Positions 8,800 through 18,332 of a stretch of DNA of 62,265 nucleotides are shown here, one piece after another. The first letter of the stretch is position 1. Every line of letters starts with the position of its first letter. The DNA comes from Bacillales bacterium UBA1737 (GTDB lineage Bacteria; Bacillota_I; Bacilli_A; ML615J-28; CAG-313), in NCBI GenBank assembly GCA_002315915.1, contig DCIB01000024.1:1-62265 (forward strand). Direction: 5' to 3'. The notes under the pieces were generated by a model. That model did not search any database and was not told the origin of the DNA. It saw only the letters and a program-made list of their open reading frames with translations. A program made the translations under genes and the position numbers.

Positions 8800-9789
8800 A
8801 TGAAAAAATTATTATCTAAATTTTTGTTGTGCTTAATTGCACTATTTATTGTAGTAGGGGTTACCGGATGTAATTGTAATGATGATGGTGGTGATGAAGA
8901 AACTGAAAACATTATTAGAATTTCAACTACTACTTCTGTTAAAGATAGCGGTTTATTAGCTGCAATTATTCCTGTATTTGAAGCTACATATGGTTATAAA
9001 GTTCAAGTTACTTCAGCTGGTACAGGAAAAGCTATTAATAATGCTAAAGCTGGTAATGCAGATTTAATTTTAGTTCATGCTAAAGCTCAAGAAGAAACAT
9101 TTGTAGGAGATTCACATTTATATTCTAGAATTGTACCTGGATTTACTAGTGAAAGATTATCATTTATGTATAATTACTTTGTTTTAGCTGGTCCTAAAAC
9201 TAATAATACTGAAATAAAAAATGCTGCCAATGTAAAAGCTGCTTTTGAAGCTATTGCAACTAATTCAAAAACTTTTATTTCTCGTGGTGATAATAGCGGA
9301 ACTCACTCAGCAGAATTAAAATTATGGCCATCCGGTTTAGGAATTACTAAAGAAGCTACTTCATTTGCTAGTTATACAAGTTGGTATAAATCTGCAGGTA
9401 CTGGTATGGGGGCTTGTTTAGCAATGGCTGATCAACAAAATGCTTATATCTTATCTGATAAAGCAACATATTTAACTTATCAAAAAGATCATACATCTTC
9501 AAATCTAGAAATCATTAAAGAAGAAGATGATTCATTAAAAAATACATATACAGTTATTGCAATTAATCCAAATGCTACATGGCAATCATCTGCAGACTAT
9601 TCAACTGTTTCAGATGTAGCTGTTAATACACAAGGTGCTGATGCATTTATTTATTGGTTATTGACTGATTCTACAAAAGAATTAATAGCTTCATATGGAA
9701 CAGAATCATTTGGTGCATCTTTATTTACTATCATTAATGGTGATACAGCACCTAAAACACCTGCAAATATTACAATTAAACATGCTTAA
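8800..9789 (+). CDS. tupA: Tungstate ABC transporter substrate-binding lipoprotein
   Basis: Start moved to the ATG at 8800, which has an AAAGGAGG RBS. Lipobox VTGC. RISTTTSVKDSGLL and SAGTGKA motifs are typical of TupA-type oxyanion-binding proteins. Confidence 0.8.
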   Translation: MKKLLSKFLLCLIALFIVVGVTGCNCNDDGGDEETENIIRISTTTSVKDSGLLAAIIPVFEATYGYKVQVTSAGTGKAINNAKAGNADLILVHAKAQEETFVGDSHLYSRIVPGFTSERLSFMYNYFVLAGPKTNNTEIKNAANVKAAFEAIATNSKTFISRGDNSGTHSAELKLWPSGLGITKEATSFASYTSWYKSAGTGMGACLAMADQQNAYILSDKATYLTYQKDHTSSNLEIIKEEDDSLKNTYTVIAINPNATWQSSADYSTVSDVAVNTQGADAFIYWLLTDSTKELIASYGTESFGASLFTIINGDTAPKTPANITIKHA

Positions 9790-9794
9790 TTAAA

Positions 9795-10493
9795 ATGATT
9801 GTTGAAGGCATCAATAAAGCTTTAGAATTAATTTTCAATGGTGGTAATACAGAACTAAATAGCATATTAGAAACTACATTTCAAATGTGTTTAAAAAGTT
9901 CTATAATATCATTATTAATAGCAATTCCAATTGGAATACTATTAGGTATATTTAATTTTAAAGGCAAAAAAATAATAATAGTTCTAAATAGAACATTAAC
10001 AGGTATTCCACCTGTAGTATGTGGGCTTGTATGTTATCTATTATTTTCTGGTGTTGGTCCATTAAGACATTTAAAACTTCTATATACTGTTAATGGTATG
10101 GTTATTGCTCAAGTTTTATTAATAACTCCTGTATTAATTGCAACAATAGAATCTTTTGTTTCAACAATCGGGCCAAAAATTAAAAACACTACTATAGGAT
10201 TAAAAATCCCTTTTATTAAAACATTATTATTAATAATAAATGAATTAAAATATCAATTAATTACCACATATCTTTTAGGACTTGCTAGATCAATGGCTGA
10301 AGTTGGTGCTATTTCAATAGTTGGTGGCGCAATTCAATGGGAAACTAACGTTATGACTACTGCAATAATGCAGTATACTCAAATGGGATATTTCTCATAT
10401 GCATTTGCTTTAGGATTAGTATTATTAACAATTTCTTTAGTAATAAATGTAATTGTTTCATTAATTTCAAGAGGTTCCGATTATGATATTTAA
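9795..10493 (+). CDS. tupB: Tungstate ABC transporter permease
   Basis: 232-aa polytopic protein sitting between the binding protein and the ATPase. An ARSMAEVGA segment occupies the position of the permease EAA-like loop. Confidence 0.7.
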   Translation: MIVEGINKALELIFNGGNTELNSILETTFQMCLKSSIISLLIAIPIGILLGIFNFKGKKIIIVLNRTLTGIPPVVCGLVCYLLFSGVGPLRHLKLLYTVNGMVIAQVLLITPVLIATIESFVSTIGPKIKNTTIGLKIPFIKTLLLIINELKYQLITTYLLGLARSMAEVGAISIVGGAIQWETNVMTTAIMQYTQMGYFSYAFALGLVLLTISLVINVIVSLISRGSDYDI

Positions 10494-11145
10494 AAACTTA
10501 ATCAAAACCTATAAAAACAATCAAGTTCTAAACATTGATAACATTGAATTTCAAGAAGGATTAATCTATTCAATTATTGGTTCTAATGGTTCCGGAAAAT
10601 CTACATTAGGAAAAATATTATCTGGAGTTATTAAAACAGATTCTAATAAAAATATATCTAATAAAGATATAACTTATATGGAACAAAATAGTTTTGGATT
10701 TAATTTATCAGTATTAAATAACTGTTTAATCAATTCTAAAAATAGAAAAAAAGACTTAGTAAAAGCAAAAGAATTATTAAAAGTTCTAAATATGAGTGAT
10801 TTAGGAAAAAGTAATGCTTCTAAACTATCAGGTGGTGAAACATCCAAAATGGCATTAGTTAGAATATTACTTAATCCAACAAAATATGTTATATTAGATG
10901 AACCAACATCTGCTATGGATATAGATTCTATGCTGAAAGCAGAAGAATTAATAAAAGATATTAATAAAAAAAATCATATTACTTTTATTATTATTACACA
11001 CTCAATATCTGAAGCTAAACGAATATCTGATAGAGTAATTTTCTTAAAAGATGGCAAAATTATTGAAAAAGGAAATTGTTTAGATGTATTAAATAATCCT
11101 AAAACAATAGAACTTAAGAATTTTATTGAATTATATTCTAAATAA
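10483..11145 (+). CDS. tupC: Tungstate ABC transporter ATP-binding protein
   Basis: Walker A GSNGSGKST, signature LSGGE, Walker B ILDEPTS. It overlaps tupB by 11 nt. Confidence 0.75.
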   Translation: MIFKNLIKTYKNNQVLNIDNIEFQEGLIYSIIGSNGSGKSTLGKILSGVIKTDSNKNISNKDITYMEQNSFGFNLSVLNNCLINSKNRKKDLVKAKELLKVLNMSDLGKSNASKLSGGETSKMALVRILLNPTKYVILDEPTSAMDIDSMLKAEELIKDINKKNHITFIIITHSISEAKRISDRVIFLKDGKIIEKGNCLDVLNNPKTIELKNFIELYSK

Positions 11146-11149
11146 AAAT

Positions 11150-11180
11150 AAGACGAAAGATTATAATAATCTTTCGTCTT
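11150..11180. terminator. Bidirectional terminator between the convergent tup and moa operons
   Basis: 13-bp perfect stem aagacgaaagatt/aatctttcgtctt with a 5-nt loop and A/T runs on both sides. Confidence 0.8.
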
Positions 11181-11633
11181 TTAATTTAGAATTTCAATAG
11201 AATCTCCGGCTTTTATTATTCCACCTTTTAATACTATTGTAAATATTCCTTCTTTTGGCATACAACAAGTTCCAAAACGTTTAGCTATTTCACATCCTTG
11301 ATCTGCATGACACTTTTTTCCTATTTGTGATACTTCTTGAATAGTTTCCCCAATTTTTAATTTTGTACCTACAGGTATTTCGTAAAGAGTTAATCCTTCT
11401 GTAGTAATGTTTTCTGCAAACTTTCCTTCACAAAGACCATCAATATTACCTTTTAATTCTTCAAACTTCTTTATTGATTCTATTGATAACAAAGATACTT
11501 GTCTAATTCCAGGTCCACTATGAGAATCACCTATTATTCCAAAGTCTTCTTTTAGTTCAACATATTCAACAGGATGTTTAATTACACCTTTAATTTCAGA
11601 TATATTAACTGATAATACTTTACCATTAATCAT
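11181..11633 (-). CDS. MOSC domain protein
   Basis: VSLLSIESI, FAENITTEG, QIGKKCH, CCMPKEGIF and GGIIKAGD follow the small clostridial MOSC pattern. I set the start at the ATG at 11633 (MINGKV), which overlaps the moaC stop (ATGATTAA coupling). Confidence 0.75.
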   Translation of the reverse strand: MINGKVLSVNISEIKGVIKHPVEYVELKEDFGIIGDSHSGPGIRQVSLLSIESIKKFEELKGNIDGLCEGKFAENITTEGLTLYEIPVGTKLKIGETIQEVSQIGKKCHADQGCEIAKRFGTCCMPKEGIFTIVLKGGIIKAGDSIEILN

Positions 11634-12096
11634 AAAATACTTCTCCACTTTTCCCACCACATTTATATGTGACCCTTAAATTAGTTATTTTCATAGTTTT
11701 ATCTATTGCTTTAACCATATCGTATATAGTAAGTGCAGCTGTAGATGCACTTACTAATGCATCCATTTCAACTCCTGTTATATAATTAGTTTTTACAATA
11801 GATTCAATTTCAATACCATAATCTTTATATTCAAAGAAAATATCTGAAGATGTTAATGGAATTTGATGACACATTGGTATTAATTCTGGTGTTTTTTTAG
11901 AAGCCATAATACCTGCAACTTGACTAACTGCTAATACATTTCCTTTTTCAATAGTACCTTCTTTAATTTTATTTAAAGTATTACTGTTCATATGAATTTC
12001 AACTTTGGCTTTTGCAATACGTTCTGTATTTGTTTTATTTGAAACATCTACCATATGAGATAATCCATCTTTATTAAAATGAGTTAATTCATCCAT
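11626..12096 (-). CDS. moaC: Cyclic pyranopterin monophosphate synthase
   Basis: HMVDVSNK, MCHQIPL and GVEMDAL motifs. I set the start at the ATG at 12096, 7 nt after GGAGGA. The track start at 12111 is a TTG. Confidence 0.9.
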   Translation of the reverse strand: MDELTHFNKDGLSHMVDVSNKTNTERIAKAKVEIHMNSNTLNKIKEGTIEKGNVLAVSQVAGIMASKKTPELIPMCHQIPLTSSDIFFEYKDYGIEIESIVKTNYITGVEMDALVSASTAALTIYDMVKAIDKTMKITNLRVTYKCGGKSGEVFYD

Positions 12097-12100
12097 ATTA

Positions 12101-13027
12101 TTATCCTCCAATTTTTTGCATATCTATTTCTTGATATACACCTTTATCAATATTATGATCCTTAGGCTTATTATAAATTATTTCTTTTAATTTATTTGTA
12201 AGTAATATTTCATCATACATATATTCTTTAATGTTATAAGATATTTTATTATGAAGACAAGGAATTACATCACCAAATGAAGTTAATCTTATTCTAGAAC
12301 ATGATGAACAAAATTTATTTGATATTGGTCTAATAAAACCTATTAAAGATCCATCTTTATATTCATAATATTCACAAGTATTTTCAGTATATTTATATAT
12401 TAAATTGTATCTTTTTATAATTTCTTCTGATGATATATAATGTTTTTTATAATAATCAATATTATTATTAAAAGGCATTAATTCAATAAATCTAAGTTTA
12501 GCATTTACATTACTTGCAAATTTTAATAAATCTAATACTTCACAATCATTAATATCTTTTTGTAGGACTGCATTAATTTTGATATTAAAGCCTAACTCAA
12601 AAGATTTATTAATGCCTTCAATTGTTTTTGATATATCACCTTTTGTTAAATCATAATACTTATCTTTATCAAGAGTATCTAATGAAATATTTAATGATTT
12701 TAAACCAGAATTCTTTAAAAAAATAGCATAATCATTTAATAAAATACCATTTGTTGTAAGAGATATATTATCAATAAAATTAGATAATTCTTTAATAAGT
12801 GTAATTATACCCTTTTTTAATAATGGTTCTCCACCTGTTAATCTTACTTTAGTAATGCCTAATTTATTAAAACATTTAATAACCTTAACATATTCTTCTA
12901 TTGATAATACATCATTATGATCAACTTTAATTTCTTTTATAGAAGAACAATATTTACATTTTAAGTTACAAAGATCCGTTAATGATACTCTTAAATAATC
13001 AATTTTTCTATTATTACTATCAATCAT
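12101..13027 (-). CDS. moaA: GTP 3',8-cyclase (radical SAM)
   Basis: CNLKCKYC radical-SAM motif, a C-terminal CSSCSRIRLT second-cluster motif and a terminal GG. Confidence 0.9.
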   Translation of the reverse strand: MIDSNNRKIDYLRVSLTDLCNLKCKYCSSIKEIKVDHNDVLSIEEYVKVIKCFNKLGITKVRLTGGEPLLKKGIITLIKELSNFIDNISLTTNGILLNDYAIFLKNSGLKSLNISLDTLDKDKYYDLTKGDISKTIEGINKSFELGFNIKINAVLQKDINDCEVLDLLKFASNVNAKLRFIELMPFNNNIDYYKKHYISSEEIIKRYNLIYKYTENTCEYYEYKDGSLIGFIRPISNKFCSSCSRIRLTSFGDVIPCLHNKISYNIKEYMYDEILLTNKLKEIIYNKPKDHNIDKGVYQEIDMQKIGG

Positions 13028-14903
13028 TATCTATAAATACGACTTTCCCTAAATTATCTATAGTATAATCTTTTAATTCTAATACTTTATTTTTAAAATC
13101 ATCACTTCTTAAAACATTAATAAATTCTTGAACTCTATTATCATTATAATTTTCATATGTAGTTAAAAAATCATATTCTTCTGTAGCTAGTGGATAAAAA
13201 TCTAAATCTAAAATTCTAGATATACTAGATATTCCTATACCACATTTAGCTGTATCATTATCTATTGCAACACCAACTGATAAATGAGTAGTGTATTCTT
13301 TTTGATAGCCGTTTATAGTATCAACATCTATATTTTCCTTATTTAATAAATAATCAAATAAGATTCTAGTCCCAGAACCTGCTTGTCTATTTGCAAAAGG
13401 AATATTATTACAAGATATTTCTTTAATTGTTTTAATATTTAATCCTTTTTGAGACAAAATACCTTGAGTTCTTCCTACACCTTTTATTAAAACCATTTTT
13501 TGATTTTTAAAATACTTTTTGATATATGAAATATTATAAAAACCAGTATTAGTATCTAATAAATGGATTGGTGCTATATGACATTCATTTTTTAGTAATG
13601 CAAATATACCACCCATTGAACCAACATGAGCACTTGATACATTTAAAGTATCTGATATTACATCTATTACTAGATCATGTGATCCAATTATAGATAAATT
13701 ATTTTTAATTACATCTAGTGATTTAATTAATTTAACTTTAACTAAATCTCCTTCATTATATCCTTCACTTAGTCTATCTACATATAATAATCCATCAGCT
13801 TTAACTAATGACATTATTTGTGCAGCTCCTCTTTCAAGAGGAGTTGCAATAAACTTATCATTTACATAACCAATATTCATTCTTATGTATTCAGCATTTT
13901 TTAATGAAGATACGATAGTTCTTGAAAGAATACATTCTAAATATTGACTATCATTATCTTTTATACATTGCATTTGTAAAAGAATTGGTTTAACAAATAG
14001 ATCAAATACTAAATAAGCAGATACAGGATATCCAGGTATGCCAATAACTGGTTTATTATTAATCATACCTAGAATAGTAGGTTTACCTGGTTTTATTGCA
14101 ATTCCATGAGCAAATACAGTTCCTAATTCTTCAATAATATCAACTGTATAATCTTTTGTTCCTGCACTAGAACCCGCATTAATAATTACTAAATCATTTT
14201 CATTAACTGCTTTTAATAGTATTTCTTTTAATAATTCTTTATCATCAATACATATATCATAAATATAAGGTATTCCATAGTTAGATTCCACTAAAGCTTT
14301 AAACATTTTAGAATTAGACTCCATGAGTTTACCATTTTTTAACTCATTTTTATCATTAACCATTTCATTACCAGTTGGAATTATTCCTACAACAGGTTTT
14401 TTGTATACTTCTATAGTATCACAACACGAAGCATAAATTGCTCCAATATCTTGAGGTCTGATTCTACTATTTTTTTTAAGAATCATTTCTCCTTCTACTA
14501 TAGATTCACCTTTAACTCTAATATTTTGATATGGATAAGAAGGTTTGATTATTGATACAGTTTCATCATCAATAACTAAAACATCCTCTATCATAATAAC
14601 TGAGTTATATTCTTTTTTTATTGGATTACCCGTATTTACATATTCAAAATCAATACCTAACTTTAAATCTTTAGGTGTTTCATTAGATGCAGATAAGGTA
14701 TTTTCACTTAATACTTGAATACCATCCATTGCAGAAGCATTATACATTGGATCACATTTAGTTGCATAAATAGATTTTGATGTAACTCTATTTAAAGAAT
14801 CTATAGTTTTGATGACTTCAGTTTTACAACAAATATCACCTAATGAATCTAAATACTTATCATATATAGTAATATCATTATTATCAATATACGTTTTTCT
14901 CAT
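13020..14903 (-). CDS. moeA: MoeA-type molybdopterin metal-insertase fused to a C-terminal periplasmic-binding-protein-like domain
   Basis: 627 aa. The MoeA core has NAGSSAGTKDYT and GIPGYPVSA motifs. It is followed by about 220 aa with an SxxGSGTR-like anion-binding signature (RQAGSGTRILFD). ATGA overlap with the upstream moeA gene. Confidence 0.8.
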   Translation of the reverse strand: MRKTYIDNNDITIYDKYLDSLGDICCKTEVIKTIDSLNRVTSKSIYATKCDPMYNASAMDGIQVLSENTLSASNETPKDLKLGIDFEYVNTGNPIKKEYNSVIMIEDVLVIDDETVSIIKPSYPYQNIRVKGESIVEGEMILKKNSRIRPQDIGAIYASCCDTIEVYKKPVVGIIPTGNEMVNDKNELKNGKLMESNSKMFKALVESNYGIPYIYDICIDDKELLKEILLKAVNENDLVIINAGSSAGTKDYTVDIIEELGTVFAHGIAIKPGKPTILGMINNKPVIGIPGYPVSAYLVFDLFVKPILLQMQCIKDNDSQYLECILSRTIVSSLKNAEYIRMNIGYVNDKFIATPLERGAAQIMSLVKADGLLYVDRLSEGYNEGDLVKVKLIKSLDVIKNNLSIIGSHDLVIDVISDTLNVSSAHVGSMGGIFALLKNECHIAPIHLLDTNTGFYNISYIKKYFKNQKMVLIKGVGRTQGILSQKGLNIKTIKEISCNNIPFANRQAGSGTRILFDYLLNKENIDVDTINGYQKEYTTHLSVGVAIDNDTAKCGIGISSISRILDLDFYPLATEEYDFLTTYENYNDNRVQEFINVLRSDDFKNKVLELKDYTIDNLGKVVFIDND

Positions 14904-16102
14904 AATAATCTAACCTTAATTAATTCAGACTTATTTATTCCTTCAACTTTTTCATCTATTACTGTAAAACCATCTGCCTTTGATAAAATATTTATTAAAC
15001 CAGACTTATAAAATATTGGAGTTGCTAGTAATTCCCCATTGATAGTTTCAAGCTTGATAGGCATAATAGTAGTTTTTCCACTATTTGATGGAAAATTAAT
15101 ACTAGTTTTAGCATAAACATAATTAATACTATTATCATTATATACTTCTTTAATAGAATCAATAAATATTAAAGATAAAGACATTATTGCAGCCATAGGA
15201 TGACCTGGCAAACCAATTATTAATTTATTATCTTTTACACCAGCCATTGTAGGTTTTCCTGGTTTAATTGATATTCCATGAAATAATACTTTATCACATA
15301 TAGAATCAATTATTCTTAATGTATAATCTTTATTACCAACAGATGAACCTCCGCTAATAAAAACAATATCTGATTCATTAAAAGATTTAGTTATTATTTC
15401 TTCAAGCTTTTTATAATCATCTTTAACTAAATATTTATTAATTAATTTACCAAATGGTTTAATCATTGAATCAATAGTATAAGAATTAATATCTCTTATA
15501 TATGCATTAGATAATTGTTCATCTATAGGTATTATTTCATCACCAGTTGAAATAATTGAATAATTGAATTTTTTATATACTTTTACTTTAGAAATACCTA
15601 ATGATGCAAGTAAACCTATATACTTAGTAGTAATTAGTGTTCCTTTACTAATAACTAATTCCTTTTCTTTGATATCTTCTCCAATTTGAATAATGTTTTC
15701 ATTATTAGTAACTTTAGAAAATACCAAAACATCATCATTATCTCTTTTAGTATTTTCAATCATTACAACAGCATTAAATGGTTCTTTAACCATTCCTCCT
15801 GTTGGAACATATATGCAATCATCATTAGAATAATTGTTATTATCATAAACACCAATATTTATATCATTAACACATTTAAAAATAACAGGAACTGCTTGAC
15901 TAGAACCATATGTTTTTGATGCTACAACTGCATATCCATCAACTGTTGATCTATTAAAAGATGGATAATTACTATCAGAATATACATCTATAGCTATAAT
16001 ACGATTAATTGAATCACATATATTAATGATTTCTGTGTTTAAAAAAGAATAATTTTCTTTTATTAAATCTTTACTTGTTTTTAAAGATACACAATTTAAC
16101 AT
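14900..16102 (-). CDS. moeA: MoeA-type molybdopterin metal-insertase (stand-alone paralog)
   Basis: 400 aa with SGGSSVGNKDYT and GLPGHPMAA motifs. TAATG overlap with mog. Confidence 0.85.
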   Translation of the reverse strand: MLNCVSLKTSKDLIKENYSFLNTEIINICDSINRIIAIDVYSDSNYPSFNRSTVDGYAVVASKTYGSSQAVPVIFKCVNDINIGVYDNNNYSNDDCIYVPTGGMVKEPFNAVVMIENTKRDNDDVLVFSKVTNNENIIQIGEDIKEKELVISKGTLITTKYIGLLASLGISKVKVYKKFNYSIISTGDEIIPIDEQLSNAYIRDINSYTIDSMIKPFGKLINKYLVKDDYKKLEEIITKSFNESDIVFISGGSSVGNKDYTLRIIDSICDKVLFHGISIKPGKPTMAGVKDNKLIIGLPGHPMAAIMSLSLIFIDSIKEVYNDNSINYVYAKTSINFPSNSGKTTIMPIKLETINGELLATPIFYKSGLINILSKADGFTVIDEKVEGINKSELIKVRLL

Positions 16103-16593
16103 TATTTTCTAGCACACTCTCTTGATATACCTATTAAAGTATCTATACCATGTAATAATGGTTCAATAACAAATTCTAAGTTTTCCTTACAAGCTTTAGG
16201 AGATCCGGGTAAATTTAATATAACAGAATCATCTTTAATACCACATATTGCTCTTGATAAAATAGCTCTATTTGTAAATTCACATGATTTCAATCTCATA
16301 TATTCAGTTATTCCCGGTGCTTCTTTTTCAATTACTTCTTTTGTTGCTTCTGGTGTAACATCTCTTTTTCCAAAACCAGTACCACCAGTAGTTAGTATTA
16401 AATTAGCTTTCATCTTAACACATTTATTTAATTCATTTACAATTAAGTCAAGTTCATCAGGAATAATATTATAATAAATTACATCAAATGAATAATTATT
16501 TAATACTTTTTCTATTTCAGGCTTAGATAGATCTACTCTTTCGCCAATAGAACCTTTATCAGATATTGTTATTATGCATACATTATAATTCAT
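16102..16593 (-). CDS. mog: Molybdopterin adenylyltransferase (MogA/MoaB family)
   Basis: LILTTGGTGFGKRDVTPEAT and LPGSPKA motifs. I set the start at the ATG at 16593 (MNYNV), 8 nt after TAGGAG. Confidence 0.85.
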   Translation of the reverse strand: MNYNVCIITISDKGSIGERVDLSKPEIEKVLNNYSFDVIYYNIIPDELDLIVNELNKCVKMKANLILTTGGTGFGKRDVTPEATKEVIEKEAPGITEYMRLKSCEFTNRAILSRAICGIKDDSVILNLPGSPKACKENLEFVIEPLLHGIDTLIGISRECARK

Positions 16594-16756
16594 ATTAATA
16601 ACTCCTATCATTTTTTATTTTTCTTTATATTATATATTATATCAAATAATAGATTATTTCCGATATTATTATATAAGGATTATTATAAAATATATTTAAT
16701 TAAAATATTTTATATATTTATTTTTTTATATTAAAATTAGATAAAGGTATATTAAA

Positions 16757-17854
16757 ATGAATATTATTAAAAAAATTTTATTATTATCACTTATATTTTT
16801 AACTACAATATCATGTAATTGTAATAATAATGAACAAGAATCAATACAAAGTTATAAAAATTTAATTATTATCATTGGAGATGGTATGGGTAAAAACCAT
16901 ATAGAAGCTTTACAAGAATCCACTAACGAAGATATTTGTTTTACATCTTGGAATAAATGTGAATCTAATACTAGTTCATTTGGAGATAATGGTATATTTA
17001 TTATTCATACGACAGATAGTGCCGCAAGTGGTACAGCACTTGCAACGGGAGTAGTAACACATAATGGATATATTGGTAAAGATAAAAATGGAAACGATGT
17101 TAGTACTATTCTAGACTACGCTAAATCATTAGAAAAATCTACTGGTATTGTTACAACAGATACTCTTTATGGTGCAACACCAGCTGCTTTTTCATCGCAT
17201 AGTATCAGCAGGGGAAATACTGATGAAATATTAACTGGTATTGCTACTTCTAATGTTGATATCTTAATTAGTAATTATTCAGATACTACAAATAATTATA
17301 AAGATACTTTTATTAATAACGGATATTCTTATTATACAGATGTTAATAATGTAGATTTATCAAATACTAATAAACTTATATATCAACCAATTGTTGAGGA
17401 ATCAAATGGAAATGTATCTTTAAAGGAAATGGTTGAAGTATCGATTAATATTTTAAATAAGAATGAAAATGGTTATTGTTTAATGATTGAACAAGCATAT
17501 ATAGATAAATATTCACATAATAATGATTTTTCTAATATGTTAAAAGCAATACAAAGTTTAAATAATACAATTAATTATCTTAATAATATAGTATCTGATG
17601 ATACATTCATTATTGTTACAGCTGATCATGAAACTGGTGGATTAAATGTAAGTAGTAAATATAAGCTTTCAAGTAATACTAACATTAATGATAAAGTTTT
17701 ATATTACCACTTTAATAAAACTGGACATACTAATAGAAATGTATTTTGTTATACAAATAAATTCTATGATTTTAGTACTTTAAATTATTACAATTCAAGT
17801 TCACTTATTAAAAACTCAGATATTTATTATATTTCTAAATCTGTTTTGAATTAA
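16757..17854 (+). CDS. Alkaline phosphatase family lipoprotein
   Basis: Lipobox TISC. GDGMG, the active-site motif TDSAASGTALATG and a DHETGG motif. Confidence 0.75.
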   Translation: MNIIKKILLLSLIFLTTISCNCNNNEQESIQSYKNLIIIIGDGMGKNHIEALQESTNEDICFTSWNKCESNTSSFGDNGIFIIHTTDSAASGTALATGVVTHNGYIGKDKNGNDVSTILDYAKSLEKSTGIVTTDTLYGATPAAFSSHSISRGNTDEILTGIATSNVDILISNYSDTTNNYKDTFINNGYSYYTDVNNVDLSNTNKLIYQPIVEESNGNVSLKEMVEVSINILNKNENGYCLMIEQAYIDKYSHNNDFSNMLKAIQSLNNTINYLNNIVSDDTFIIVTADHETGGLNVSSKYKLSSNTNINDKVLYYHFNKTGHTNRNVFCYTNKFYDFSTLNYYNSSSLIKNSDIYYISKSVLN

Positions 17855-17882
17855 AGAAGAGAAAATTCTCTTCTTTTTTTGT
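17853..17882 (+). terminator. Rho-independent terminator
   Basis: aaagaagag/ctcttcttt stem followed by T7. Confidence 0.75.
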
Positions 17883-17948
17883 TTATATAAAACATAGAAA
17901 ACACCATGATTATTTGATATTATTATATTGTAAAAGGAGAAAAAATAT

Positions 17949-18323
17949 ATGTATAAAATAGACTCCGTGAAATGTGCTGACTGTGGCTACTGTGCATATG
18001 TATGCCCCTTTGGTGCAATAATTCATCATGTAAATGAAAAATTTTATGAGATAGATCAAAATGTATGTAAACAATGTGGTCTATGTTATAAAAGTTGTAT
18101 TGGCGGATTTATTTCTAAAGATAAAGATAATTTAGAAATAGATTCTATTGAGATTGGTACAGACTGTGTTGGATGTACTTTATGTTCTAAGAACTGTCCT
18201 GCTAATGCTATTGAAGGAAGTGTAAAAGTTCAACATAAAATATTAGAAGATAAATGTATTAAATGTGGTTTATGTGCTAAGAAATGCCCTAAAAAGTGCA
18301 TTAATGTTAATTATAAGAAATAG
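17949..18323 (+). CDS. Polyferredoxin with four [4Fe-4S]-type Cys motifs
   Basis: Four CxxCxxCxxxC(P) motifs in 124 aa (CADCGYCAYVCP, CKQCGLCYKSC, CVGCTLCSKNCP, CIKCGLCAKKCP). AAAGGAGA RBS. Confidence 0.85.
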   Translation: MYKIDSVKCADCGYCAYVCPFGAIIHHVNEKFYEIDQNVCKQCGLCYKSCIGGFISKDKDNLEIDSIEIGTDCVGCTLCSKNCPANAIEGSVKVQHKILEDKCIKCGLCAKKCPKKCINVNYKK

Positions 18324-18332
18324 GTGATTAAT

